A stretch of DNA of 64,000 nucleotides from Mobula hypostoma (Eukaryota). The notes beneath the pieces are model-generated. The model saw only the letters and a program-made list of their open reading frames with translations, ran no database searches and was not told the DNA's origin. The stretch covers positions 45,758,001 to 45,822,000 of the forward strand of contig NC_086108.1 in assembly GCF_963921235.1 (NCBI RefSeq), in the 5' to 3' direction. Both the position numbers and the translations under genes were made by a program. Below, piece by piece: positions 48,343 to 61,024 of this stretch. Position 1 is the first letter of the stretch, and each line of letters opens with the position of its first letter.

Positions 48343-50299
48343 AACTCCTGGATTTGTCACCTTTTTCAATGTTGTCCCCCTTTTTACACTGCAACCCATC
48401 CCACTGACTGCAATTTTGTCTATCATCTGCCTGTCATTCCTGACAGTCTCACTATACATTACCTCTGCTTGTAAACCCACATCCCTATCCTCAGCCTTAT
48501 TATTCCAGTTCCTATCCCCCTGTCAAATTAGCTTAAACGCTCCTGAACAACTCTAGCAAACCTGCCCACAAAGTTATTGGTCCCTTCAGATTCATGTGTA
48601 GCCCGTCCCTTTTGTACAGGTCATACCTTCCCCAGAAGAGATCCCAATGATCCATAAATCTGAAACCCTGCCCGTGCATCAGTTCCTCAGCCATGTATCC
48701 CTCTGACAAATCATTCTATTCTTGCCCCCACTGGCACATTGCACAGGCAGCATACTGGAGATTACTACCTGAAGGTCCTGTTTTTTACCTTTCTACCTAG
48801 CTCTCTAAATCCTCTCTTTAGGACCTCCTCTCTTTTCCTTCCTTTGTCTTTGGTACCAATATTTACCAATACATCTGTCAGTTCACCTTCCCTCTTTAGA
48901 ACGTCATGGACCCAATCTGAGATGTCCTTCACCCTTGCACCTGGGAGGCAATATACCATCTGGGTCTCTCTATCATGTCCACGGACTCTCCTATCTACTC
49001 CTCTAACTATGGAATCTCCTGCACCACTGCATCCTTCCTCTGCCCCCTTCCATTCTGAGCCACAGTGCCAGGCTCAGTTGCTCCAGTTCCCCCTGGTAGG
49101 TCACCCCCCCCCCCACCCCCAACAGTATCAAAAACAGTATACTTGTTATTGAGGGGAACAGCCACAGTTGTACTCTATACCAGTTGCATATTTTCCTTCT
49201 CACTCCTGACAGTCACCCATTCACCTGCCTCCTGCAACCTACGGGTGACTACCTCCCTGTAACTCCTCTCTATCATCTCCTCAGTTTACCTTCTGAGCCA
49301 AAGGTCATCGAGTTGCAGCTCCAGTTCTTTAACATGTTCCCCAAGGAGCTGCAGCTTGGTGCTTCTGGTGCAGATGTGGTTATCCAGGAGGCTGGAAGTC
49401 TCCCAGAATTCCCACATCTCACACACAAAACATGACACCCCCTGGAGCCATTCTTACTGCCCTAACTATAAACTTACAGATGAAGAATGTGCAAGAAATA
49501 GCTTACTAGATACTTACATTGCCCACACCTGTGTTCGTCCAAGCCTGTTGAGCCAAAGCCAAAAGTCTCCCCACTCTAAGACTGGCCCACTCCAACAAGG
49601 GCCATCCCGCATGCCCTGCCTTATTTTTATTAGACCTTGCCAATAAATCCTGAACTCTGATTGGCCGCTCTTCAAGCTCTGAGAAGATGGCTACGAAGTG
49701 CTGATTTTTAAAGCTCCCTCCTTGATCTGAGTGAAGACCCCATTACCTTTTGCCCCTGAACTTCGATTGGCCATGGTTCAAGCTGTGAAAGACAATCTTT
49801 CAATAAGATTGTCTCTTATACTTGTGGCTTCCAAAATTTTAAGTGCTTCTTACTCAATCTTGTGTCCTAGGAATCAATCAAGTTAATTTTATTTGGCAGC
49901 TTTAAGACAAATGTAGTTATCCTTTGATGTTAAGATCTGGATGGCACACAGTAATGTGTAGGAGATCTCCCTGAAACCCTGTACAACACAGCAAGCTTTC
50001 AGTATATTTGTACTTCAAAACTGTTGAATATAGATAAGCCAGATTTTCAACAAGGATGAATCTCAGCAAAGATCATTCCATCATTTTCCAGATCTCTTTT
50101 CTTTAGGTGCCAAATGATGACAGTCTCATCCCTATTGCAGCCTCTTTTGAGGTCAGTGCATGGCAATGCTTAGACTCTAGCTGGTACCACCAGACGTGCA
50201 AGATCGTGATTTGAAGATTCTTGTGGTGAGGCATCCTGTCAAGTGATTTTGAAGGTCTATATAAGGATGAGCTTCACAGGACCTGAAGGATGTTTGTAA

Positions 50300-51770
50300 C
50301 AAAAACTGTTGCCCTATTACAGCTCTCTGACACATCCTCATACCCTTCCCTGGGCCACAACCCACAAATGAACACCAGGCCATTGTCTCCCAGACCATTA
50401 TAGATCTCCACAAATTAGGAGATCTCATCTCCGTAGCCTTCGACCTGATAGTGTCCCAATTGTGCACTGCCCATTTCTGTCTATATAAGAGACACAAAAA
50501 GGAGTGCCCTGGTAGACCCATTGTTTCTGCCTGCTCTTGCCCTACCAAATTATCTCTCCCTACTTTGATTCTCTCCTGCTACCCCTTCCCACCTACATCC
50601 AGGACACTTCTCATGCCCTTTATCATTTTGATAACTTCCAGTTTCCTGGTCCCAACTGCCTCAGTTTTACCTTGGACATTTGGTCTCTATACACCTCCCA
50701 CTGCAGCGAGAAGGTCTTGAGGCTCTCTAAGATCTCAAACAACCAAACATTTTTTTCCTCCCCTAACACTGTCATCCTTCTGGTAGAATGTGTTCTTAAA
50801 AACTTCTAAGGTTATTTCAATTCCTCCCACTTATCACAAATTAAAAGTGTAGCCATGACTACCTGCTTGGGCCTCAAATAAGCCCGTCGTTTTGTTGGCT
50901 CAGAAATTATCCTTGTTCCAAGCATATTCTGCACATTTGCCCAACTCTTCCGCTACACTTACTACATTGATGTTGTTTCCTTTTTGGGTGGTCACTTTTG
51001 TTACCTTTCCCACCAACGTCTACCTAGTTTCAGTTTAACCTGAACTGTTTCTGACACCTTTTTCTGGATCTCCTGGCTTCCGTTTCAGGAGACAAATTAT
51101 CCTCTGATATCTATTATGAATTCATGGACACCAGCTAAGTCAACTACCGCCTTATTTCTGTAAGGATGCTATCACTCACAGTTTCTCTGTCTCTAACTCA
51201 TCTGTTCTCAAGATGAGACTTTCCACTCTGGGGCATCAGAAATGTCCTTCTTCGGCAAACATGGCTTCCCCTCTGCTGTGTTGATGGAAACCTCGCACAC
51301 ATTTCTGCCATTTCCTTTCTGCTCTAGCCCCCTTCTCCCGAGACAGAGCAGAGATTCTATCAGTACTCACTGTCCACTTCACTGCTTCCGGCATAGTGTT
51401 TCTGCTGGCCGTAGTGAGATCCCACCACCAGTCTCATCTCCTCTTCCCTTCTTTCTGCTTTCTACAGTGACTACTCTCTCTGTGACTTATCACTTATCCC
51501 TTCCCACTCATCCCTCCTCGAACCCAGCACTTTCTACTGCAACTATATAATGTGCAATGCTTGGCCCTTCACCTCATTCCCTCCCTACTATCCAGGGAGG
51601 CAAACAACCTTCCAGATGATGCACTGTTGTTTTCCAAAGCAATCCTAATGCAGGATCTTCACCTGAAACATGACTGTCCTGTTACCTCCGCAGATGCTGC
51701 TTGGCCTGCTGGGCTCTTTTAGCAGTTTGCCTACTCCAGATCCTCGTTCAACAGTCTCTTCTGTCTCCAT
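50300..51770 (+). mobile_element. Decayed Penelope-like element (RT region + pLTR)
   Basis: GRPIVSACSCPT, LPTYIQDTSHAL, FTLDIWSLYTS; pLTR tail agatgctgc..cctgctg at about 51690. Confidence 0.85.
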
Positions 51771-51992
51771 TCCCTGATTTACTATGGTCAAAGGTGTTGT
51801 TCAACACAAACTTTTCTGTGAGTGACATGTAGTTAGGGAAAGACTAGCTGAAAGCAATGACCACTTTTATACACAGTAACACTGGGGGGAGATAGAACCA
51901 CAGCACAAAATAAAGGCAACTGTGCACAGCTTAAGGAGGCTGTGAACAAAAGTAGCCATTAGGATGAGGGGCATATTTGTGTACAATTATCC

Positions 51993-52190
51993 ACAAAATG
52001 CTGGAGGAACTCAGCAGGTCAGACAGCACCTATGGAGGGGAATAAACGGTTAATGTTTCAGGCCGAGTCTCAGCCTGAAACATCGACTATTTATTCCTCT
52101 CTGTAGATGCTGTGTGATTGCTGCATCCCTCCAGCATTTTATGTGTGTTGCTCAAGATTCCCAGCATTGCAAAATCTTTTGTGTATATGG
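51993..52190. mobile_element. Miniature fold-back Penelope pLTR element
   Basis: acaaaatgctggagg..gtttcaggccgag | tctcagcctgaaac..cctccagcatttt inverted arms; near-TSD GTAYAATTATCC (51981-51992, 52191-52202). Confidence 0.8.
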
Positions 52191-52329
52191 GTATAATTAT
52201 CCTCCTCCTTTGCTGAAGGTTTGTAGGTCATGGCTCTCCAAGCGCTATACAGTTTGTTATTCAGATAAAATGGAAGACAGGGCAGGTAAATACTGCAGCA
52301 AAGGTGTGGAGAATACAACATTGAGGGCA

Positions 52330-54200
52330 CTTTACACCTGATGACCTGCTTCTTTCCTGCAACTGAACGAGAGCAATACTTTTATAACCTCTTCATCTTG
52401 GGCATGTTCCAACTAATTCTTGGTATACTGTATGTCCTGACTCCTCCGAGCTACATTCCTTGCATCTTAAAGTAATTGAACCAGATGGTGAAAGGAATGA
52501 GACTATTTTCCAAAGAATATGGCCTTGCTTTTGCTGTGATTGACTGGCTTTCAAGGCCAGTTTAAGCTAGTTACAGATGCTCAGTTCCTTTGACAATAAT
52601 CTGAAAATTTAACCTCTGGTCTATTAATCAGGACTTGTTCATTACACACAACACATTTTATGCTACCTCATTTAAGTTATTCTCAGCTTCCTCAATAAGT
52701 TGTCTTCTTGTTTTTGTATGGGATTGTTTATGATTGGCTACATCTTGCAAATACACAATATAATTTAGTCAGCTTCATTTCTTCCCATTTCAGTTGATTT
52801 GTTTGGTACAATAGTTTTCTTGTGCAGTTTGGACCCTTTTCATGGTTTGTGATGGGCTAACCTAATCAAAGTTGTTGTTAAGGAGGCACCGATGATACCA
52901 CATTATGCAGTAGGCTTTTGCACCTTCATCAATAATTTCCTGGAGTGCCGTCACTGTTAATGCACCTGTGCCGATTTTCATTGATGTATTAACTATCTCC
53001 ACTCATCATCATAAACTCTTCCATTCATATTTTTTTCAGTGTTTCAGATTAGATTGTCTTTATTTGTTACATGTACATGAATCACCGAAACATACAGTGA
53101 AATGTGTTGTTTTGTGTCAATGGCCAATACAGTCCCAAGAATTGTGCTGGGGGCAGCCTGTAAGTATTGCCACATTTTCGGTGCCAGGATAACATGCCCT
53201 CAACTCACTAACCCTGACTGCACATCGTTGGAATGTGGGAGAAAAGCCATGTGATCATGGGGAGAACATACAAGCTCCTTACAGAGAACAGTGGGAGTCG
53301 AACCCCAATCGGTGATCGCTGGGATTGTAAAGCAATTGCGCAACTGCTACGCTAAGGTTCCATCCTTTAACTTGTCCTTTCCCAAATTTTGTCCGTTAAT
53401 TCCACATCATTCTTTATTATAATTGGAAAGTTTTACATTAACACCAATTCTGTATTCCCAAATATAATTGGGGTCCTAATGATCATTGGACCATTAGTAG
53501 TCTTAGGTGTGGACATAATTAGCCATTTCTTTATAGTCAGTCTAGTTTTGGGTTGGGGAGGCTTCTCAAATGTTAATCCATACAAAATTCCACTGATCCT
53601 CAAACTGGACTATGTTTCTATCAGTAAGAGCACGCACATCTCCCAATTCAAACCTACGCAGCCCATTTGCAGGAGCTACCCATACTGAATATGAACCCAT
53701 CCTTGCTCTATCCATCCTTATTTATTACTGCTAATAGTTAATTATACTCTGAGTATTTTAATTTAGTTTCCTGATACAAGGAAGGCTACGTGTGGGTGCT
53801 CTGTTCAGCATCACTGGGAAAGGATTTGTGACAGGCGAAGGGATGGCCCCTGCTCTTACTCTGGAAGCCCTGCCATTTGCTCTCATCTTGGCTATTTCAT
53901 TTGCCTTCCTGTTCCCTTTGGCAGTGAGTTCTCATCTTGTATATAATTCTCTTAGCTCTCACTTTAAACCCTCAGGTATTGTTTTCAGCATCAGTGCTGA
54001 CATTAATGGTTTCCCATCTGCTGTTTTGCAGATATTTTGTGTAATGGATGTTTGAGCCAGAGCAGATTGTGTTTGCTGAGAGAAATATGTAGAAAGAGAG
54101 ACTCCAAACACCAGTTTGGCCTGTTGTTCTCTAAAGAGTGGGCAATGGACTCCAATAAGCTCTGATTTATGGGTCAGAGAGCCTGCATCATGTTTTCCTC
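52330..54200 (-). pseudogene. Possible second ERV gag remnant (interrupted by LINE tail/SINE at 53040-53370)
   Basis: Weak peptide resemblance to fish ERV gag (ELGDVRAL, QEDNLLRKL, decayed Zn-knuckle region); no LTR pair seen. Confidence 0.3.
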
Positions 54201-56360
54201 GCCCCTTTTCTCCTTAACTGACACCGACTACATATTTATCCTATGATACCCCTGGGTGCATATTTGATTTAAATCCTTCTTCTGTCTTTCACATCTCCTC
54301 AATTGGACTTGTGGGGCTTTACCCTAGTAGTTCACACATTTAATGCTTCTAATCTCATACCCATCCCTCCTATTTTAAGTGTCCTCCTAACAATCCAAAT
54401 CCCAGAGCCTGTTAATCCTAGCCTCCAATTCCAGATTTGACCGTGATGACTGAGAAGGATAATTGACTGTATTCCAGTACACGTGGCAAAGTCATGGCCT
54501 AAAATTGGGCCAGAAGGGCCTATTCAAATCACTGTCCATTATGCCATTGGCGGATAGGGCAGCAATGAAGGTCCTCTGTCTCTGCCTGTCATACCGTTGC
54601 ACACAGATGTAGAAGAATTCTTCATTACTGTTTCTGTAACAATTTTTTTTGACTAGTCAGGGTTGTTAGCCCTGAGCTGATCCCCCAAATCTGGAGGACC
54701 GATGGGCCACTCTTAATCTGGCTTCTACCCTTTGGCATATTTGACATAGGTGACCCTACCAAGAGTCAAAGCACAAGACCCTGACTCCAGCCAACATAGC
54801 GCTTGGGGTCATTAAGGCATGCAAGCCTCGAAACCCTACGACAAAGTCCTGTCCTCTCGGAGGGGAAGGGCCCGTTACTGTGCTGTATCTCTAAATTTTA
54901 TAAAAGGCTGGTGTGGTACACGAATCCATTCGCAAATCCTCGCGTTCTACTTATACCGCATATTTCCTCAACTGAATTAATGAAGATACTTATGGCATAA
55001 TTTTTACTAATTCTTTGCAGTCCCCCATTCAGTGTAAGAAACACCTGAGCACCATCATTGACACCAGCCAGGATAATTCTTAAATCACTCTCTTCTTTAC
55101 TTTGTCACATATTCTTCTGATAGAAGGATCAGTACAAAAGCGGGATCTCAATCTATCCTATTTGAGTCTTTAATAGATTCAGCAGTTGGCTCAATCAGAC
55201 CTTCATTTTACTTTTTCACTTTTGAGTCTGTGACATATTAGCCAGACACTGAACAATGCACCAATGAATAGAGGGAAAAGAAGTCCATTTGACAGCTGTC
55301 CGTTAAAATGAAAGGTGTGTGTGTATTGATCCTTTGGGTGTAAGGGAATTACTACAATCCATCAGCTATATTTTACAGTAAAAATATGGTAGAGTAGGGA
55401 ATATTCCCAATGGCGATTATTGTATGGAATTAATCTGGAACATTCTTTCTTGGGTTTCTGAGACCAAGAATCATCTTTTTTATAGTCAGCTAAATAAGTG
55501 TCTTTGCATGTATGGCTAGAGGCCTTGGTGCCCCTTGTTCTATGAATGTAACAGACTTTTCCACATTTTTCTTGGTCTTAAGGAAAAGTGTACTGTTTCT
55601 ATAGTTGGGACATTGGCTCTATCCCTACCTGCTCTTCCAGCCTTGTCACATTCTGTGGGTGAAGGCTTCACTTCCCACCCTCATAATGTGAAGGTAAAAC
55701 TGCTACGAATTTACTGTCTGTTTCTGTTATCCACGTCCATGATCTCCGTCTTTAATTTGCCGCAGTTGACTGTGGTCCCATTTCATTATCGTCAATGATC
55801 ACTTTGTTTGGAATGGCCCACTCTGAAAACATCGAGATTTTAATACTGTCCCAGCCAGAGAATTGTCATGAAACTTTCTTTTGGATGGACGATAAACTGT
55901 GACCTGGCTATGCTTGTATCTCAAAGAATAAAAGAATAAAAAAAGTCTCACAAAACCAGGGAGGGAAATACCTATTGCAGTGTCTATTAAAGATCAATTA
56001 ATGACCATGCAGAGACATTGTAAGAGTGGACACGAGCCCTGAGGCTGGATGTGATTCCTTCGTGCCTTGAGATGCATGTTTCCATGACTCCCATGCTCTT
56101 GCAATTGCTTACATGCTGTCCCGAATGTGAACGTTTTCTCAAATATGCCCATCCCATGAGCCATGCAGGGTCCAAAAGGCAACTCCTGTGGTTGTACTTT
56201 CTATAGTGGGTCTTCATAGATCAATGAAGTGCAGCAGGGGTGGGGGGCACAGTGATGTAAATGTTCAACGAGTCAATTTAATAACAGAGAATGTATACCA
56301 TGTACAACCTGAAATTCTTACTCTTTGCAGACGTCCACAAAACAGAAAAAAACGAAGAAT

Positions 56361-56832
56361 CATTGATCCTAAATTATGTATTCCGAATATTTATCTGAAG
56401 GACTTCGTAACCTCCAAAAATGTAAGGTCTCTGCTTAATATTTGTTTTTGGAAGCCAAACGCTGCATAGCCTATTCATGGAAGAAACCAACAACCGGTGG
56501 ACTCTCACAATGGCTGAAAGGAATGACTTCTTATCTTGCTCTGGAAAAGATGAGCTACATTACAAAAAACAAACTTGGCAAATTTCAGGAAATTTGGGAC
56601 ATTTTCTATAAGTTTCTGGAGAACAATATTCAAGATGATGAAAATAACGAACTGAATTGACTGCCCTTTTTTAATGGCGAGGTGTTTGCTTTTTTTGTGT
56701 ATGTGTTTTTTTTCTTTCGATTTCTTATGTATTTTTTTCTTTTCTTTAACTTCGTTGTATTTTCAAACCTATGGATGATCTAATGTGTTTTCTTTTCATT
56801 CTGTAAAAGCAATAAAGAGATGTTTTAAAAAG
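56361..56832 (+). mobile_element. L1/Tx1-clade LINE 3' fragment
   Basis: AKRCIAYSWK..LEKMSY..KFQEIWDIF; AATAAA + A-rich tail; 11-bp TSD AAACGAAGAAT (56350-56360, 56833-56843). Confidence 0.85.
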
Positions 56833-56894
56833 AAACGAAGAATGAATGACAGAAAATATTACCAGCCCAAAGCCCCCCTCCCTCTCCCATGCAC

Positions 56895-57545
56895 AAGCTC
56901 CAGCAAAAGCTCCCTCTTCCTCCACTCGCTCCAGCAAAAGCCTCAACCCTCCCTGCTCCCTCTGCCCCCACTCGCTCCGGTAAAAGCCTCAACCCTCCCT
57001 GCTCCCTCTGCCCCCACTCGCTCCGGTAAAAGCCTCAACCCTCCCTGCTCCCTCTGCCCCCACTCGCTCCGGTAAAAGCCTCAACCCTCCCTGCTCCCTC
57101 TGCCCCCACTTGCTCCAGCAAAACCCACAACCCTCCCTGCTCCTTCTTCCCCCACTTGCTCCAGCAAAAGCCTCAACCCTCCCTGCTCCCTCTGCCTCCA
57201 CTTGCTCCAGTAAAAACATCAAATCCTCCCTGCTCCCTCTGCCCCCACTTGCTCCAGTAAAAGCCTCAACCCTCCCTGCTCCCTCTGCCCCCACTTGCTC
57301 CAGTAAAAGCCTCAATCCTCCCTGCTCCTTCTTCCCCCACTCGCTCCAGCAAAAGCCTCAACCCTCCCTGCTCCCTCTGCCCCCACTTGCTCCAGCAAAA
57401 CCCTCAACCCTCCCTGCTCCTTCTTCCCTCACTCGCTCCAGCAAAAGCCTCAACCCTCCCTGCTCCCTCTGCCTCCACTTGCTCCAGTAAAAGCCTCAAC
57501 CCTCCCTGCTCCCTCTGCCCCCACTCGCTCCTGTAAAAATATCAA
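56895..57545. repeat. 46-bp C-rich minisatellite, about 14 copies
   Basis: Unit AAAGCCTCAACCCTCCCTGCTCCCTCTGCCCCCACTCGCTCCRGTA, directly visible. Confidence 0.97.
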
Positions 57546-59780
57546 ACCCCCACCACCCACCACGCAAGAAATAGAAAAGGCCCCAAAGTGACCAAAAACT
57601 ACTGTCCACCCCAACACTTCGATATCTCAGACAGGCTGTCTCTCTCACTGGCGAGGGAGAGAGATATCATTCCTGCAGCTGTTGTGAGGTTTCAATGTTG
57701 CAATAAAACATGCCTGCACATGAGCTCAGCAGTATCCTGGGGTGCAGAGCAATTGTTTAGATCAAAAATATTCCTGTAATTCCCTTACCAACAATTGAAT
57801 TACTCAGTGGCCAACTCCTTAGTGCTCCAAGCTCAGGCTCAGGCTCCCTCAGTCAGTTGTCTTCACACCAGTCACTGCCTATTCATCACTTCCAACAGGC
57901 ATACTCCTTGGAATGTAAAATGCTGGAGGAGGGCTGTCTTATCTACATGGTCTTCCCTACTTAATAACATTGCAAATATATATTATTATGAGGGACATGC
58001 AGAGGATAGGTGGTAGGAAACTTTCCCCCATGACAAAGATGTCAAAAACTAGACTGCAGAGAGTAACGTGTAAGTGATTTGGAGGGGTTTGGAGGACGAA
58101 CTTTCCATTCCATAGGGTAGCTGGAATTTGGAATTAACTGCATAAAGGCAGAGAATCGCACCACATTCAGGAAGTATTTACATGAGCAATTGAGCTGCGA
58201 ATGCATAAAAGCCTATGGATCATGTGCTGGTGGATAAATACTTGATGGGCAGAATAGCTTGTTTATGTGCTGTACGAATAAATGACACAATGACTCCATG
58301 TCAAAGATCTGTGCCCTAAGTCCCTCATCACCTCCGAACTTCAGCTGCGACTTAAACCTTTGCAATCATCAAGTTAGAAATTCAAAAGGATCACTAAGTT
58401 AAAATTTTTAATAAAATTGTTTGGCTTTCTTGAAATTGTTCTAATTGTTTGAAATTGGCCTTGAAGAAGGCAGACTTGTAATATGTGATTGCTTTAGTCA
58501 ATCATAAACAAGCATTTCAAGGCTGGCTGATTAGTTTTGCAGAGTATGGAGCTATATACGATACATTTTTAAAAATTAGTCATAGAATAAAACTCTGAGA
58601 GCATTTAATATTTCCTATTGATAAAATATATTACTATCATCAAAGCATTCCCTCAGGTTGTATGCAAATTCATCCTGACCTATCTGGTCTCTGCAGAACT
58701 TCAATATTTTGCATAATGGTAAGTTTAGCATGTTTTCATACCTAAAGAGCAAACATGGTCACTTGGACACTTGTGCATGTCGTAACGCTGAACCACAAAT
58801 ATCTTGAAACCAAAATGTCACTGTATAGAAATACTTGATTCATTTCAGCAGGAAAATGTTTAGATTTTGGATGTTTTCAAATTACAAATATTTAAACTGG
58901 AGACTTTTGTTTTATTGCTTGTATGCAGTTCTTTGTCAACTAGTCTTGAGTTATCCAACTTGCCAACACATACTGGTGACTCATCATTCATCAAATTCAG
59001 CAGCTTCAACCACTTGTAGGAACTGAAGGTTGAGCAGCCATTTTGGACTACATTATGTGTATCTGTTTAATCATTTATGCAAGTTTTCTAAAATTGCTGA
59101 ACTGTGAATGCGAAGATAACATTGAAGTTTTCTCTTTTATTTTGACAAAAATACATTAGTTTGTCATGTGCTATGTCATATAACATAGGCGATCTTGGTC
59201 TTGATACTGTTCTTGACAAATTCTTCTTCAGAAGAGGTTTGCTATTGCCTTTTTCTGGGCAATGTCTTCACAAAACGAGTGACCCCTGCCATTATCAGTG
59301 GTCACTTAACCAGGACTTGTGATACGCTCCAGTCGTTCATATGACCATGCACCTCCTGCTCCCATGGGTTCACATGGCTACACCTTGCCCAAGGGTGACC
59401 TGCAGGCTAGCAGAGGGAAGGAACGTCTTGCACCTCCTTTGGTAGAGATGTATCTCCACCCTGCCACCCAAAGTGTCATTATTAATTCTTAAAGAGATTT
59501 GAAACTGAGAGTTGCTCAGTTTTATAACTTATATGTACAGGGATTGATCATCTGAGTTCTGGATTTATCTGTCATTTAGTTTTGACAATTGGGATTTCAC
59601 TTAATCTTAAACATAAAGCTAGGTTGAAGGCACAATCTTTAGGATGACAAATAAAACCAACCGTAATTGGTATTTAAATATTCTAACAACAGGAATTCTG
59701 CAGATGCTGGAAATTCAAGCAACACACATAAAAGTTGCTGGTGAACGCAGCAGGCCAGGCAGCATCTCTAGGAAGAGTTA

Positions 59781-59818
59781 CAGTCGACGTTTCAGGCCAA
59801 GACCCTTCGTCAGGACTA
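59781..59818 (-). ncRNA. Minimal type I hammerhead ribozyme motif
   Basis: Minus: TAGTC-CTGACGA-AGGGTCTTGGCCT-GAAAC-GTC-GACTG; CUGANGA and GAAA core, GUC triplet, stem I TAGTC/GACTG. Confidence 0.7.
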
Positions 59819-60986
59819 ACTGAAGGAAGAGTTAGTAAGAGATTTGAAAGTGGGAGGGGGAGGGGGAGATCCAAAATGACAGGAGAAGACAGGAGGGGGA
59901 GGGATGGAGCCAAGAGTTGGACAGGTGATTGGCAAAAGGGATATGAGAGGATCATGGAACAGGAGGCCCAGGGAGAAAGAAAAGGGGGAGGTGGGGGAAC
60001 CCAGAGGATGGGCAAGTGGTATAGTCAGAGGGACAGAGGGAGAAAAAGGAGAGTGAGAGAAAGAATGTGTGAATAAAAATAAATAATGAATGAGGTACGA
60101 GGGGGAGGTGGGGCATTAGCGGAAGTTAGAGAAGTCAATGTTCATGCCATCAGGTTAGAGGCTATCCAGAGGGAATATGAGGTGTTGTTCCTCCAACCTG
60201 ACTGTGGCTTCATCTTTACAGTAGAGGAGGCCGTGTATAGACATGTCAGAATGGGAATGGGATGTGGAATTAAAATGTGTGGCCACTGGGAGATCCTGCT
60301 TTCTCTAGCGGACAGAGCATAGGTGTTCAGCAAAGCGGTCTCCCAGTCTGCGTCGGGTCTCGCCAATATATAGAGGGCCACATCGGGAGCACCGGAAGCA
60401 GTATATCACCCCAGTCGACTCACAGATGAAGTGTCGCTTCACCTGGAAGGACTGTCTGGGGCCCTGAATAGTGGTAAGGGAGGAACACCTACGCTCTGTC
60501 CGCCAGAGAAAGCAGGATCTCCCAGTGGCCACACATTTTAATTCCACATCCCATTCCTGTTCTGACATGTCTATCCACGGCCTCCTCTACTGTAAAGATG
60601 AAGCCACACTCAGGTTGGAGGAACAACACCTTATATTCCGTCTGGGTAGCCTCCAACCTGATGGCATGAACGTCGACTTCTCTAACTTCCGCTAATGCCC
60701 CACCTCCCCCTCGTACCCCATCTGTTATTTATTTTAATACACACATTCTTTCTCTCACTCTCCTTTTTCTCCCTCTGTCCCTCTCACTATACCCCTTGCC
60801 CATTCTTTGGGTTCCCCCCCGCCGTCTTTCTTCCCGGACCTCCTGTCCCATGATCCTCCCGTATCCCTTTTGCCAATCACCTGTCCAGCTCTTGGCTCCA
60901 TCCTTCCCCCTCCTGTCTTCTCCTATCATTTTGGATCTCCCCCTCCCCCTCCCACTTTCAAATCTCTTACTAACTCTTCTTTCAGT

Positions 60987-61024
60987 TAGTCCTGACGAAG
61001 GGTCTCGGCCTGAAACGTCGATTG
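60987..61024 (+). ncRNA. Minimal type I hammerhead ribozyme motif
   Basis: TAGTC-CTGACGA-AGGGTCTCGGCCT-GAAAC-GTC-GATTG; same architecture, with one extra G-U in stem I. Confidence 0.68.

Larger units (their letters stand above)
44711..49790 (-). mobile_element. Near full-span CR1 LINE (5'UTR, ORF1 esterase-like, ORF2 EN and RT end), internally deleted and interrupted
   Basis: ORF1 CLPGARVKDI..VNIGTKD; EN LYLNARSIRNKVDDL, LGNSDHN; RT AKFVDDTKIGG; RNFFSQRVVNLWN. Confidence 0.85.

Noticed and set aside
56746..57490. Pro-rich or Gly-rich ORFs
   Set aside because: Translations of the 46-bp minisatellite.
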